Origin: a virus
Lineage: Duplodnaviria; Caudoviricetes
IMG/VR virus record: IMGVR_UViG_3300024331_000182
Location: 1-59,717 of that record
Strand: one strand, 5' to 3'
Length of the DNA stretch: 59,717 nt
Notes under the pieces: generated by a model
What the model was told of the DNA's origin: nothing
Seen by the model: only the letters and a program-made list of their open reading frames with translations
Databases searched by the model: none
Part shown: piece by piece, positions 1 through 9,057 of the stretch
How positions within the stretch are numbered: the first letter of the stretch is position 1
Layout: each line of letters starts with the position of its first letter
Translations under genes and position numbers: made by a program

Positions 1-2311
1 TGCGGCCGAGCACGTCCAGGTCGTTGCCGAGCTGCCCGGCCTGAACCCCCATCGCCTTGTACGCGGCCGTGGTCGCCGCCACCTGGACCTTGATGATGTC
101 CCAGGCCGCCTTGCTCTTATCGAGGAGCTGGGACGTGGTGATGCCGGCCAGGTTCAGCACGCCGAGGGCCTGGGCCTGCCCGCCGTATTCCTTCGACAGC
201 CGGCCGACCCGGGTGGACACGAGCTGATACTGCTGGCCGAGCTGGGAGTGGGCGGTCTGGAGCGTGCGGACCACATCTTGCTGCGCCCGGTAGGCCGCCG
301 TGACCGAGCGGGTGACTTCGCCGCTCTTGAAGTTGACGCTGTTGGTGTACTGCTGGGTGTGCGCCAGCTTGGCCTGGGCTTCCGTCAGGTTGGCGGCTAC
401 CTGCGACTGGGCCGACCCGATGGAGTCGAGCAGGTTGGGGAGCCGGGCGTTCTGGATGGACTTCTGGAGGCCGTCCACGAAGTCCTGGGCGGAATTGTGC
501 GCGTTCCGGAACACGAATATCAGCCCTGTGATGGCCGCTGCGGCCAGGGTGATCCAGACCATGATCGGCACCCGGGACAGGATGAGCATGGCGTCGCTCA
601 GCAGCCCTGTGGCCGCCGCCGCCACGCCCTCGGAGGCGGCCATGCCCAGCATCACGCCCGTGTAGGTGATGAGGTTGGCGATCCCGCCGGCGATGGCGGT
701 GGCGAAGGTCTTGAGTGAGGTCAGGCCGACCAGGGTGACGGCCTTATTGAAGTTGAAGAAGGCGCCGGTCAGCTTGACCAGGCCGCCGACCATGGCCAGG
801 AACAGGGTGACTGCCGTGCCGCCGTAGATGAAGAACCCGTGCAGGAGGAGGCCGAAGGCGATGACCGGCTCGGCCGCCTGGGTGAACGCCTCGATGACCC
901 TGGTCATCCAGTCGCCCACCTTGAGCAGGATCTCCGCGTAGCCGGGGACGGCCCGGAAGACGGCGCCGAAGATGCCGCCGAAGTTGCCGATGGAGTCACC
1001 GAGCAGCCGCACGTCATCGACGGCGTTCTCCATGAACTTGTTAACCCCGGAGCCCGTGGTGACCGCGACGACGAACCGGGCGGCGAGCTGGTCCAGCACC
1101 TTGCCGGTCTGGGTGGCGACGGTGTTGAACGCCCCGCCCCGCTTGTTCATGAGGACCAGGGCGTCACCGAAAAGCTGGTACACCTCGGGCCGGACGGAAT
1201 CCCGGAGCTTGTCGAATCCGTGCGAGAGCTGGGGAAGGGTCCGGCCGGTAGCTGCTGCCTCAACCTGGACGGCCTTCATCCGGTTATAGATTTCCTTGGC
1301 CGCCTCGGACCCTGCGACGCCGAAGGCGGTTACCGCGATGATGGCCGGGGTCCACACGGCCACCGTCTCGATCACCGCGTCGGCCAGCAGGTGCCATACC
1401 GCCACCGAGGTAAACATCTTGGGCAGCACGCGGTTGAGCGCCCCGCCGAACAGGGTGAGGTGGCCGGTGAGCAGGCGCCAGCCGGCGGCCGAGGCCGTGG
1501 ATGCCCGGTTCGCGCTGGCGAAGAACACGTTCATCGCCGTCTCGGCGACCGGGAGTTCCTTCTTGCCCAGCTCGCCTACGGTGTGCTCGATCCCGAGCAG
1601 GGCGGCCTCGGCCGCGAGCAGCTTGCCCATGTCGATGTTGGCGCCGAGGCGGATGTCTTCCGCCTCCTGTTTCAGCCGCTTGACCTCGGCCTCGGACGCG
1701 GCGATCTGGGCGGTAAACGCCTTCCTGTCAGCATTGATCCGGACCGCGTTGGCGTTGGCCTTGAGGACTTTCAGCCTGGCTTCGATCGCGACGATGTTGG
1801 CCGCCGCCCGCTTGGAGTCGACTCCGGCGGGCATGTCCTTCAGGTCTTCGCGCAGGTGCGCTACGCGGGCGTTCAGGTCCGCGATCTGCGCGGCGGCCTT
1901 GGCGTCGTCGGCGTTGAGCGACAGCTTGCTCATCTTCTGCCGGAGGTCGGCGATCTGGGCCTGCTCCCTCGCGATGGCCGCGTCGATCTTCTTGGTATCG
2001 CCTCCCATCGTGAGGTTCGCCATCTGCCTGGCGAGAGTGGCCAGCCGGGCCTGGACCCGGGTGATGTTTGCCTCGGCCGGCTTGCTGTCCGCGTCGATCC
2101 GCAGCTCGGTCAGGCGGCCGGACATCGACTTGATCCGGGCCTGGAGGCTGGTCAGGGCGAGGTTGGCTTCCTTGGTATTGATCCCGAGCATGACGTTGGG
2201 CCGGAACCCGGCGAGCTGCTTGCGGAGCTGGACGTCAGCGAGCTGCCGGAAACCGGTGGAGTCCGGGTTGATGACGACGAAGACATCGCCGATGACCCTG
2301 CCGGTCGCCAT
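1..2311 (-). CDS. Tape measure protein, 5' part (runs off window edge)
   Basis: Not in the ORF track because it is open at the edge. ATG at 2311 behind GGGAGG; reads MATGRVIGDVFVVINPDSTGFRQ..., Ala-rich helical repeats then hydrophobic stretches; lies downstream of tail tube and chaperone. Confidence 0.85.
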   Translation of the reverse strand, partial: MATGRVIGDVFVVINPDSTGFRQLADVQLRKQLAGFRPNVMLGINTKEANLALTSLQARIKSMSGRLTELRIDADSKPAEANITRVQARLATLARQMANLTMGGDTKKIDAAIAREQAQIADLRQKMSKLSLNADDAKAAAQIADLNARVAHLREDLKDMPAGVDSKRAAANIVAIEARLKVLKANANAVRINADRKAFTAQIAASEAEVKRLKQEAEDIRLGANIDMGKLLAAEAALLGIEHTVGELGKKELPVAETAMNVFFASANRASTASAAGWRLLTGHLTLFGGALNRVLPKMFTSVAVWHLLADAVIETVAVWTPAIIAVTAFGVAGSEAAKEIYNRMKAVQVEAAATGRTLPQLSHGFDKLRDSVRPEVYQLFGDALVLMNKRGGAFNTVATQTGKVLDQLAARFVVAVTTGSGVNKFMENAVDDVRLLGDSIGNFGGIFGAVFRAVPGYAEILLKVGDWMTRVIEAFTQAAEPVIAFGLLLHGFFIYGGTAVTLFLAMVGGLVKLTGAFFNFNKAVTLVGLTSLKTFATAIAGGIANLITYTGVMLGMAASEGVAAAATGLLSDAMLILSRVPIMVWITLAAAAITGLIFVFRNAHNSAQDFVDGLQKSIQNARLPNLLDSIGSAQSQVAANLTEAQAKLAHTQQYTNSVNFKSGEVTRSVTAAYRAQQDVVRTLQTAHSQLGQQYQLVSTRVGRLSKEYGGQAQALGVLNLAGITTSQLLDKSKAAWDIIKVQVAATTAAYKAMGVQAGQLGNDLDVLGR

Positions 2312-2332
2312 CGGGTCAGCCTCCCGCCGCCA

Positions 2333-2713
2333 TCAGAAGATCCCCGCGATGGAGTCCAGGCCGGTGGTCAGGAACGGGTACCGGTCGTCCATCTGCCGGG
2401 CCGGGTACTCCAGGAAGATGCCGGGTGACCCGGGCGCGTTGGCGCCGCCGTACAGGCTCCCGGTGATCGTGCCCCGCCCCAGGTGCGGCCGGATGAGGGC
2501 CTTGGTGTAGCCGGGCGGGTGCGCGGTCGAACCCCGCCCGGCCCGGCGGCGGCGGTCCCGGGTCAGCGGGTCGCGGACGCGGACGACGGACCGGGCGACG
2601 TCGGCCACCTGGACGGACAGGTCCAGGAGCAGCTTCCCGACCGGTCCTTCCGGGGATTTCAGCAGCTCGTCCAGCGTCCTGTCGTCCCAGCGGATCTCGC
2701 CTGCGGTCGTCAT
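2333..2713 (-). CDS. HK97 gp10-like neck/tail-completion protein
   Basis: MTTAGEIRWDD...GPVG...IFLEYPARQMDDRYPFLTTGL fits the gp10-like pattern; ATGA overlap with the upstream frame. Confidence 0.6.
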   Translation of the reverse strand: MTTAGEIRWDDRTLDELLKSPEGPVGKLLLDLSVQVADVARSVVRVRDPLTRDRRRRAGRGSTAHPPGYTKALIRPHLGRGTITGSLYGGANAPGSPGIFLEYPARQMDDRYPFLTTGLDSIAGIF

Positions 2714-3050
2714 CGGATCTCCTCGTCCCGCTGCATCCACCCGGGGATGCCGGTGTCGTGCGCCTCTACCGGGGCATCCGGGTTGTCGAACGTCATCCCC
2801 GTGGCTTCCTGGTGCTCTCTCAGCGCCTCCAGCGCCTCCTCGGCCGGGTCATCGGCCATCCCGATGGCGATGTCCAGTTGCGCGATCTCGTCATCGCCGA
2901 GCCCCTCGGCCCGGATCGAGTAGGCGACGTTGCACAGTTGCCTCGGCGTTAGCGCCTCGATCCCCTGGCCCGACGACCGGAGGAGCGAACCGTCGAGCCG
3001 CCCGAGGTGCGTCGTTGCCCAGGTGAGGAGCCAGAGGACGGCTTTGTAGG
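2710..3050 (-). CDS. Tail assembly chaperone, -1 frameshift extension (GT-like part)
   Basis: Open -1 frame PYKAVLWLLTW...RDEEIR with no start of its own, overlapping the end of the chaperone ORF at CGC CCT ACA AAG; classic position between tail tube and tape measure. Confidence 0.65.
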
Positions 3051-3619
3051 GCGGCCGGCCATCAGCTCCATCGTGGCGGTGATGACGTCCATCAGGTCTT
3101 CGGCGCCGGCCCGCGTCTCCATGGCGTGGTTCTCGAACTGACCCCAGTCGCCCGGGTCGTAATCCGCGCATTCCGTCTCGTCCGGGGTGCTGACCTTGCA
3201 GGCCGGCCGGTCGTCTTCGGGCACGTCCTCCATCCCGGCGGCGATCTCGCAGGCCGTGCACTCACCGCAGCGCTCCGGGGCACAGGACTCACAGGTCCCG
3301 CATCCGGGGCTGCCGGGGTAGATGCAGTCCCGGAGCATGGCGTACATCGCGGCCAGGGCCTTGGGGTCCTGGATGGACAGGTCCGCGTACATGGAGAACT
3401 TGAGCAGCGGCATCGCGCCGATCTTGTCCGCGACCCGGAACTTCCTGCCCAGGAACTCCACGGTGCGCCGGTCATCGACCACCGTCCCGTGGACTACGGC
3501 CAGGCTTTCTCGGCCTCCTCGCGCGGGTCGGGGAGCGGTGCGACGCCGGCCACGGCGCCCTGCATCCTGGCCAGTTCCGCGTCCATGTCGATGTCCAGGC
3601 CGGCTTCTTCTTGCTGCAT
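2949..3619 (-). CDS. Tail assembly chaperone (G-like), with an additional frame break near 3505
   Basis: GAGGAGG then ATG 3619 (MQQEEAGLDIDMD...) stops at 3494; the chaperone-like body (VEFLGRKFRVADKIGAMPLLKF...MAGRPTKPSSGSS) continues in the -1 frame to 2949. Confidence 0.6.
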
Positions 3620-3662
3620 GGTGATCCTCCTCGTGGTGCCTGCGGGCGCGTGCGGGTGAAGT

Positions 3663-3698
3663 CGGCCAGGGCACCGCACCCGCCCGGTGCCCTGGCCG
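3663..3698 (-). terminator. GC-rich hairpin after the major tail gene
   Basis: 14-bp inverted repeat CGGCCAGGGCACCG / CGGTGCCCTGGCCG just after the stop; no U-tract. Confidence 0.55.
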
Positions 3699-3708
3699 GG
3701 TCCTGGGG

Positions 3709-4155
3709 TCAGGTACCGGGCAGGCCGTAGGTCGGATACCGGCTAATGCGCGAGGCGGCATTCCATGTGCTCTTCAAAGACACCGCTGCGGAGACACCGC
3801 CCGCGAGCGAGTAGTCCGGCAAGATCGTCCCGAAGAAGTACTGCGGGACCGGGGACATCTGGGCTGCCAGGTTGGACGGGTACAAATAGAAGTTGCGGGG
3901 AAGGCCGTCTGTGGCGGCTACGTACGTCTGGGCAGTAGCGGTGTCATAGAAGCCCGTGAAGTCTCCCGAGGCGTCAGGGAGACCCGCGACGTAGATGAGG
4001 TTCGTGTCAAGCATGGCCGTGACTTCGACCTTGTTGACCGAGAAGTTGATCGACCAGTCCGACAGGAAGGCCATGGGGGAGGCGGTCGGGTTCGGGCCGC
4101 CCGCGCCGTCAACGGAAACGTACGCGACTCCGTTACGGCCGTGGATGCGAGACAC
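3709..4155 (-). CDS. Major tail (tube) protein
   Basis: GTG 4155 behind GAAGGAG; beta-rich, WSINFSVNKVEVTAM..YVAGLPDASGDFTGFYD pattern; directly upstream of the chaperone. Confidence 0.75.
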   Translation of the reverse strand: MSRIHGRNGVAYVSVDGAGGPNPTASPMAFLSDWSINFSVNKVEVTAMLDTNLIYVAGLPDASGDFTGFYDTATAQTYVAATDGLPRNFYLYPSNLAAQMSPVPQYFFGTILPDYSLAGGVSAAVSLKSTWNAASRISRYPTYGLPGT

Positions 4156-4187
4156 AGAGAGTGCTCCTTCACAGATCGTGAACAGGA

Positions 4188-4233
4188 GCCGGCCCTGCAT
4201 CCATACGAGCGGCGGTAGCTATGCGCTCCGGCA
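4188..4233 (-). promoter_or_regulatory. Leader RNA hairpin with AGC/NGG internal loops
   Basis: GCCGG AGC GCAT AGC TAC-loop-GTA TGG ATGC AGG GCCGGC upstream of the tail tube RBS; same module recurs at other late genes. Confidence 0.55.
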
Positions 4234-4385
4234 GTAACTTACGCACCAGGCTAGCGGGACAGTTCATGAACTCGCGATACCCTGGCCGCAGAGGCCCGGC
4301 CCGTGCCGGGAGCCGCCTGTCCCGTTCTCGTGGTCCGGGGCAGTCAGCTCGTCTTTGGACGGTCGGCACGGTACGGGTCTCAACT

Positions 4386-4826
4386 GTGGACGAGGAGCGA
4401 TGGCTTCCGGTACCCGGTTACGCGGGCTTCTACGAGGTGTCTGACCTGGGCAACGTCTGCTCGCTGGCCCGCGCCGCCACGGCCGGAGGGCCGCTCGCCA
4501 TACAGCTCAACAGCAAGGGCTACCGGGTGGTCACCCTGTCTAAGTACGGCCGTTGCCGCACGGTTCCGGTCGGCAGGATGGTACTGGCCGCATTCCGTGG
4601 CCCGGCCAACGGGCGGCGAGCCCGGCACGGGGCGAAGGGCCGGGGTGACGACAGCCTGCCCAACCTAGAATGGCGGTTATGTCCCCGGCAGAGCTGTGCG
4701 TCGTCCTGGACGAGTGGGTCCGGCCCGGCTCCCCCGCATCGGCTTCCTCGCCGGTTACCTGGACTGAGTACTGCTACAAGGTCTACGCGGCCACCCCGCC
4801 CTGGGAGCGTAACCGGTGGGTCATGA
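4386..4826 (+). CDS. NUMOD4-domain protein with degenerate HNH (homing endonuclease remnant)
   Basis: ERWLPVPGYAGFYEVSDLGNV is the NUMOD4 signature; GYRVVTL...VLAAF.GP...RH...NLEW is an eroded HNH. Confidence 0.7.
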   Translation: MDEERWLPVPGYAGFYEVSDLGNVCSLARAATAGGPLAIQLNSKGYRVVTLSKYGRCRTVPVGRMVLAAFRGPANGRRARHGAKGRGDDSLPNLEWRLCPRQSCASSWTSGSGPAPPHRLPRRLPGLSTATRSTRPPRPGSVTGGS

Positions 4827-4951
4827 ACCTGCCCTCGTACCTGGGCCTCCGGGCCGAGATCCCCCTGGCTGGCCGGGTAACGGTCCTGGATGACCTGTTC
4901 GGCATCCCCCTTGAGATCCGCGACAGCGGCGGGCTGCCGCACCTAGAATGA
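4679..4951 (+). CDS. Small protein resembling an HK97 capsid-protein C-terminal fragment
   Basis: RWVMN..SY.GLR....AGR....LFGIPL; N-terminal VVLDEW motif. Confidence 0.45.
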   Translation: MSPAELCVVLDEWVRPGSPASASSPVTWTEYCYKVYAATPPWERNRWVMNLPSYLGLRAEIPLAGRVTVLDDLFGIPLEIRDSGGLPHLE

Positions 4952-4955
4952 CGCC

Positions 4956-5222
4956 ATGCGGCTGCGCGTCGTCATGGACGACTGGACCCGGCCGGCTCCC
5001 GGCACGATGGAGATCGACTCCGGGGCCGGCACTATCCGGATCTGGCTCCGCGAGGGCGAGTTCGTCATCCCCCGGGGCGCGATGACCGTCGAGGAGATGA
5101 TCACGGTTACCGAGCTGGCCCGGAACGGGATGCTGAACGCAGCCGCCCCTGGCGGGATCACCCTCCGGAATGGCAACATGTTCCAGATCGCACCCGGGGC
5201 AATCACGATCACCCTGGCATGA
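4956..5222 (+). CDS. Small hypothetical protein (VVMDDW motif; tail-protein-like fragments)
   Basis: Tightly packed ORF; C-terminus ITLRNGNMFQIAPGAITITL resembles the end of 18063..18503. Confidence 0.5.
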   Translation: MRLRVVMDDWTRPAPGTMEIDSGAGTIRIWLREGEFVIPRGAMTVEEMITVTELARNGMLNAAAPGGITLRNGNMFQIAPGAITITLA

Positions 5223-5428
5223 GCATCCCGATGGCCGTCGTCCTGGATGACTGGTGCTGTAAGCCCGGTACCCGGACCGCCTGGGCGAGAGTGGTGTCCG
5301 GCTGCATCCAGGTCACGGCCGACACCGCGCTGCTCAGTGACCAGCTCATCCAGCTCACCCGGTTTTTCGCGGATGCGGGAACCCCGGACCCGGAAATGCT
5401 GATAGCCCTGGAGCCGGACCGGGACTAG
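5219..5428 (+). CDS. Small hypothetical protein (VVLDDW motif)
   Basis: ATGA-coupled to the previous ORF; shares its N-terminal motif. Confidence 0.5.
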   Translation: MSIPMAVVLDDWCCKPGTRTAWARVVSGCIQVTADTALLSDQLIQLTRFFADAGTPDPEMLIALEPDRD

Positions 5429-5429
5429 G

Positions 5430-5470
5430 GCCAGGCCGGCCGGAGGGAGACTGATCCCGGCCGGCCTGGC
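5430..5470. terminator. Bidirectional hairpin between convergent genes
   Basis: 14-bp inverted repeat GCCAGGCCGGCCGG / CCGGCCGGCCTGGC between stops at 5428 and 5479. Confidence 0.65.
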
Positions 5471-5478
5471 GGCAGAGA

Positions 5479-5955
5479 TCAGGCGCCGGACGGCGGGGCG
5501 TCAGCGGCAGCGTCAGCCTCGGCCTCGGTGCGGAGCGCGTCCATGTCAGCCTGAGCCTTAGCCAGGGCGTCCATGGTGGCCTGGGAAAGATTCCCGGCCG
5601 CGACCTCGGCCTGGAGGGCTTCCACGAGGCCCTGGATGCTGCGCAGGGCGGTCAGCACGGCCACCTCGTCAGCTTCGATCCGGGCAGCGGCAGCGGCGAC
5701 AGAGGCATCCTGGGACATGAGGATATCGACTCTCCTAGAAAGGTCTGCCACGGCGGTCGTGAGAGCGGCCTGACCGGACAGGAGCTGGTTCAGGGTCGAC
5801 TGCCTCGCGATGTCCGTCGCAACCTGGATCAGCGGCGGCAGCGGCTCAGTCACGGAACCCAGTATGTCACGCGGCGATGCGGTAGCCTGGGCCGTGGTTA
5901 CCTTGAGTTGGTGCCCCTGCCCGGGATGTCGGCCCGTGAGCAGGGGCACCGTCAT
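5479..5955 (-). CDS. Coiled-coil hypothetical protein (possible internal start at 5718)
   Basis: Ala/Glu-rich heptads; AGGAG upstream of in-frame ATG 5718. Confidence 0.55.
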   Translation of the reverse strand: MTVPLLTGRHPGQGHQLKVTTAQATASPRDILGSVTEPLPPLIQVATDIARQSTLNQLLSGQAALTTAVADLSRRVDILMSQDASVAAAAARIEADEVAVLTALRSIQGLVEALQAEVAAGNLSQATMDALAKAQADMDALRTEAEADAAADAPPSGA

Positions 5956-7017
5956 CTACAGCTTCTCCGCTAGCTCCAGGAACCGCCGCGCGTTAGCGTC
6001 GAACGTGCGTCCCGCGATGGCCGCCCGCGCCTTGGCCGCCAGCTCCTCGCGTTCCCGGTCGTGCGCCAGCCACCACCGGAGCTGATCGCTGGCGTCCTCC
6101 GGCCCGGTGAAGGCGGGCAGCATAGGGAACGTCTCGTCGCTCTCCGGCCTCGGATCGCGCAGGAAAAACAGCTCGCAGGCCGCCATCTCCACCTCCCTCG
6201 GCCCCATCGAGACACCCTGGACGGACCCCTCTTCGGCCTCGCGCCGGTAGAAGTTGATGCCCGTCTTGCTGTTCCGGTAGAGCCCGGCCGCCTGCGGGTT
6301 GTCCACGCAGTCCGGAGCGCCCTGGATGGTCCCGACATACGGGATGAGGGGAGAGTCCGGTTCCAGGCTGCCCCAGTCGGCGCCGCCGATCAGGACGTCG
6401 ATCCCGTCCAGCCTCATCGCCTCGAAGAACTGCTTGCGCGAGTTGAACGCCGAGCCGATGAACACGAAGTCGGAGGCAAGCTCCGGGTCACGCGGCCCGG
6501 TCCGGGGGTAGTGGACGTCCGGCCTGTAGGCGTGCGGCATGTACTCGCACGGCCCGAACTTGCTGAACTGCGGCAGGCTCGCCGCGTCGTTGAGCAGGTT
6601 CAGGCTGGCGAACGCGCCGCGCACCGCCTGCTCGGAATCCTGGTACGGGCATTCCGTGTGCAGGATGACGACCTTCGGTGCCAGCCTGCTCTGGCGCAGC
6701 AGCCGGAGCGTGTCGGCGCTGGCGAAGAACGCGCTGATGAACAGCACGACGTCCGGTTCCATCCAGAGCACCTGGTGCGAGAGGCCCTGCATCGCGGCCC
6801 ACCAGGCTTCTTCCCGGGTCATGGCCGACTTGACGATCGGGTGGTCCTCTTCGTCCTTAGTTCCGGTATCGATCAGGGCCATGTTGTAAAAAATCAAACG
6901 ATCATTCAAATTATAGCCCGCTACCTGGCATCCTAGCTTAGCCAGCGCGTCCATCCAGCCCGCGTAGACGTCATGAACACTAAAATCCGGGCCAGGGTGA
7001 ACAACTAGAATACGCAC
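5956..7017 (-). CDS. CgeB-like GT-B glycosyltransferase
   Basis: GTG 7017 behind GGGAGG; YMPHAYRPDVHYP, DFVFIGS, YRNSKTGINF, MGPREVEMAAC, AAKARAAIAGRTF. Confidence 0.8.
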   Translation of the reverse strand: MRILVVHPGPDFSVHDVYAGWMDALAKLGCQVAGYNLNDRLIFYNMALIDTGTKDEEDHPIVKSAMTREEAWWAAMQGLSHQVLWMEPDVVLFISAFFASADTLRLLRQSRLAPKVVILHTECPYQDSEQAVRGAFASLNLLNDAASLPQFSKFGPCEYMPHAYRPDVHYPRTGPRDPELASDFVFIGSAFNSRKQFFEAMRLDGIDVLIGGADWGSLEPDSPLIPYVGTIQGAPDCVDNPQAAGLYRNSKTGINFYRREAEEGSVQGVSMGPREVEMAACELFFLRDPRPESDETFPMLPAFTGPEDASDQLRWWLAHDREREELAAKARAAIAGRTFDANARRFLELAEKL

Positions 7018-7232
7018 TCGAACACCACCTCCCTTCGCGGGTAGAAGGAAGACCGGCTCCCGGAGGCCGCGACCATGGCGTCTAGCCGGTACATCCGCCA
7101 CAAGGGCATCTCGCTGGTCTTCCGGTCCGGCTCTGGCGGGGGCGGGGTCGCCCAGTCGTCCACGACGACGGTCAGCAGGTGGCCGGAGCCGGCGCCAGGA
7201 TATTCCGGTCGGCCGGAACGTTCAGGTGTCAT
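7005..7232 (-). CDS. Small hypothetical protein (VVVDDW motif)
   Basis: ATGA-coupled to the upstream ORF; LLTVVVDDW motif. Confidence 0.4.
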   Translation of the reverse strand: MTPERSGRPEYPGAGSGHLLTVVVDDWATPPPPEPDRKTSEMPLWRMYRLDAMVAASGSRSSFYPRREVVFECVF

Positions 7233-7492
7233 ATCGTCTCGGCTTCCGCGACCGTCTCCGGGATCTTGTCCGCCCACCGGATGTCCGCCCCGCCACTCAG
7301 GACCGGCAGGATCTCCAGCACCCGCGTGTCGGCATACCGCTCGATGTAGATGGTCACGGCGCTGCGCACGTCGATGTCGATGATCACGCGGCGCACGTAG
7401 TCGCCGTCGCGGACGATCCCGGAGTCCCGCAGCGCTTCCCAGAGCCCTTCCGACCGGCCGTGTATCCGCTGCGGCTTTTCTCTCTCCTCCAT
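7229..7492 (-). CDS. Hypothetical protein
   Basis: Coupled to both neighbours; protein-like composition. Confidence 0.55.
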   Translation of the reverse strand: MEEREKPQRIHGRSEGLWEALRDSGIVRDGDYVRRVIIDIDVRSAVTIYIERYADTRVLEILPVLSGGADIRWADKIPETVAEAETI

Positions 7493-8370
7493 CAGCGGTA
7501 GCCCTTGGCCGTGCCCCAGGCCCGGAGATCCCGGGCGATGGCCCTGGCCGCCCCGGCGTGATGCTCGTCCGTCCAGGCCCGGGTCTGCCGGTAGAGCGTC
7601 AGGTCCGCGTCATCAGCCGGCGGCTGCGGGGGCTGCGGCTGCGGGGGCTGGGCGTCCAGCGGGAGCGAGACGGTACCGTCGCCCTGCTCGCCCAGCAGGC
7701 GGCCGAGGGTGTCCCAGGAGTAGGCGAAGGTGCCGTTCTTGCCCCAGCCGGTTCCCCAGGAGTTGTCGAAGAACACGAGCTGCTGGCCGGTGTCCTTGCC
7801 CCGGCACAGGTACTCGTGGCCGCCCCGGACCGAGGCGCCGGCGCTGATGGTGACGAGGCCGCTGCTGTCCGGCTGGTCCATCGAGTCGTACCAGTTAGAC
7901 CCGATGCAGACCGGGTGCTCCTCCAGCGCGTCCAGGACCGCCTCCAGGCTCAGGCAGTGCAGGTAACCGGAGATCAGGCCCAGGTTCTTCGCCGCCTTGG
8001 CCGCGCTCGGGCCGGAGGACCCGTTGTCGTTCGGCGGGTAGGGGCCGTCCCCGTCGATGGTCTCGGCGGCCGAGTAGATCCGCACGGCCAGGGCCTCGTC
8101 CAGGGCCGGATGGGAGACGGGGAGGGCGGCGTAACACGGGTCGCATTCCAGGGCGCCTGTCTCGGCATTCCCGGTGCAGCTCCCGATCTCGCCCTGGTCC
8201 AGGATGTCGCCGTGGCGGGTCCACATCTGGCTGGTCAGCGTGCGGTCTTCCCGGGGTGTCCACGGGTAGGCCAGGTTCCGGCTGTCGTGGTAGACGTTCC
8301 GGCCCAGGGCCATCCCGGGCAGGTGGTTCTGGTCGATCCGCTGCGCAGTCACAGTCCAGGTGTCAGTCAT
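7492..8370 (-). CDS. Papain-like cysteine peptidase (C1A family)
   Basis: DQGEIGSCTGNA (oxyanion Q, catalytic C), GGHEY (H), NSWGTGWGKNG (N). Confidence 0.85.
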   Translation of the reverse strand: MTDTWTVTAQRIDQNHLPGMALGRNVYHDSRNLAYPWTPREDRTLTSQMWTRHGDILDQGEIGSCTGNAETGALECDPCYAALPVSHPALDEALAVRIYSAAETIDGDGPYPPNDNGSSGPSAAKAAKNLGLISGYLHCLSLEAVLDALEEHPVCIGSNWYDSMDQPDSSGLVTISAGASVRGGHEYLCRGKDTGQQLVFFDNSWGTGWGKNGTFAYSWDTLGRLLGEQGDGTVSLPLDAQPPQPQPPQPPADDADLTLYRQTRAWTDEHHAGAARAIARDLRAWGTAKGYR

Positions 8371-8826
8371 TTACATGCCTCCTGCGATGACGTTGATGCG
8401 GGCACCGAAGTAGGTGACGCCGCCGTAATCCAGGCGGCCGTACTGGGTGACCGTCTGGGCCTGGATGAAGTCGATGAGGCCGCCGAGAGTGGGGTCCGCC
8501 TCGATCGCGTTGGGAACCGATGCCGCCGCGTCCGCATCCTCGCCGACGCCCAGGTAGGCATCGAGCGCCCGCTGGGTGGAGTCGACCGGGGCGCTGTCAC
8601 TGATGATCACCAGGACGCCCAGGGAGAGGTTGACCGCGTTGCCTATCACCGGGCCGCCCATTACCGGGCCGTCCATGGTCACGCCGTAGGTGATGTAGGG
8701 GTTGCCGGGCAGGACGACCGCGCACGGCGGCGTGATCGAATCGCGGGCCTGGCCGTCCGCGCGGAGCCCGGTAAACGCGGTGATGTTCGCGGCAATCGCG
8801 TTCCGGATGGCGACCAGGTTAGCCAC
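8371..8826 (-). CDS. Tail terminator-like virion protein
   Basis: AIRNAIAA...ITPPCAVV...AIEADPTLGG pattern; between connector and tail tube. Confidence 0.6.
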   Translation of the reverse strand: MANLVAIRNAIAANITAFTGLRADGQARDSITPPCAVVLPGNPYITYGVTMDGPVMGGPVIGNAVNLSLGVLVIISDSAPVDSTQRALDAYLGVGEDADAAASVPNAIEADPTLGGLIDFIQAQTVTQYGRLDYGGVTYFGARINVIAGGM

Positions 8827-9013
8827 GGGTGCTCGCCCCCGTCCGCGAATGTCCCGGATCGTCCGGCCCTAGCTCCCAGGTCATCCACCCGGTATGCCGG
8901 AACCCGGCTCGTTTCATCTGGCGTACCTGCCATGGCCAGGAGATCCAGGTCCAGATATCCCAGATCGCGGTATACCACCAGGGGTGCAGCGGCGGTAGCG
9001 GGTCCTTAACCAC
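8819..9013 (-). CDS. Small Trp-rich hypothetical protein
   Basis: GTG 9013; WWYTAIWDIWTWISWPW; overlaps next start. Confidence 0.4.
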   Translation of the reverse strand: MVKDPLPPLHPWWYTAIWDIWTWISWPWQVRQMKRAGFRHTGWMTWELGPDDPGHSRTGASTRG

Positions 9014-9057
9014 GGGTGTCCGCCTTTGTCCACGTGTCCGGGATTGTCCGGATCTTC

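Noticed and set aside
248-2510. Long plus-strand ORFs 839..2428 and 1296..2510
   Set aside because: Antisense shadows of the minus-strand tape measure gene; stops are rare at this GC content.
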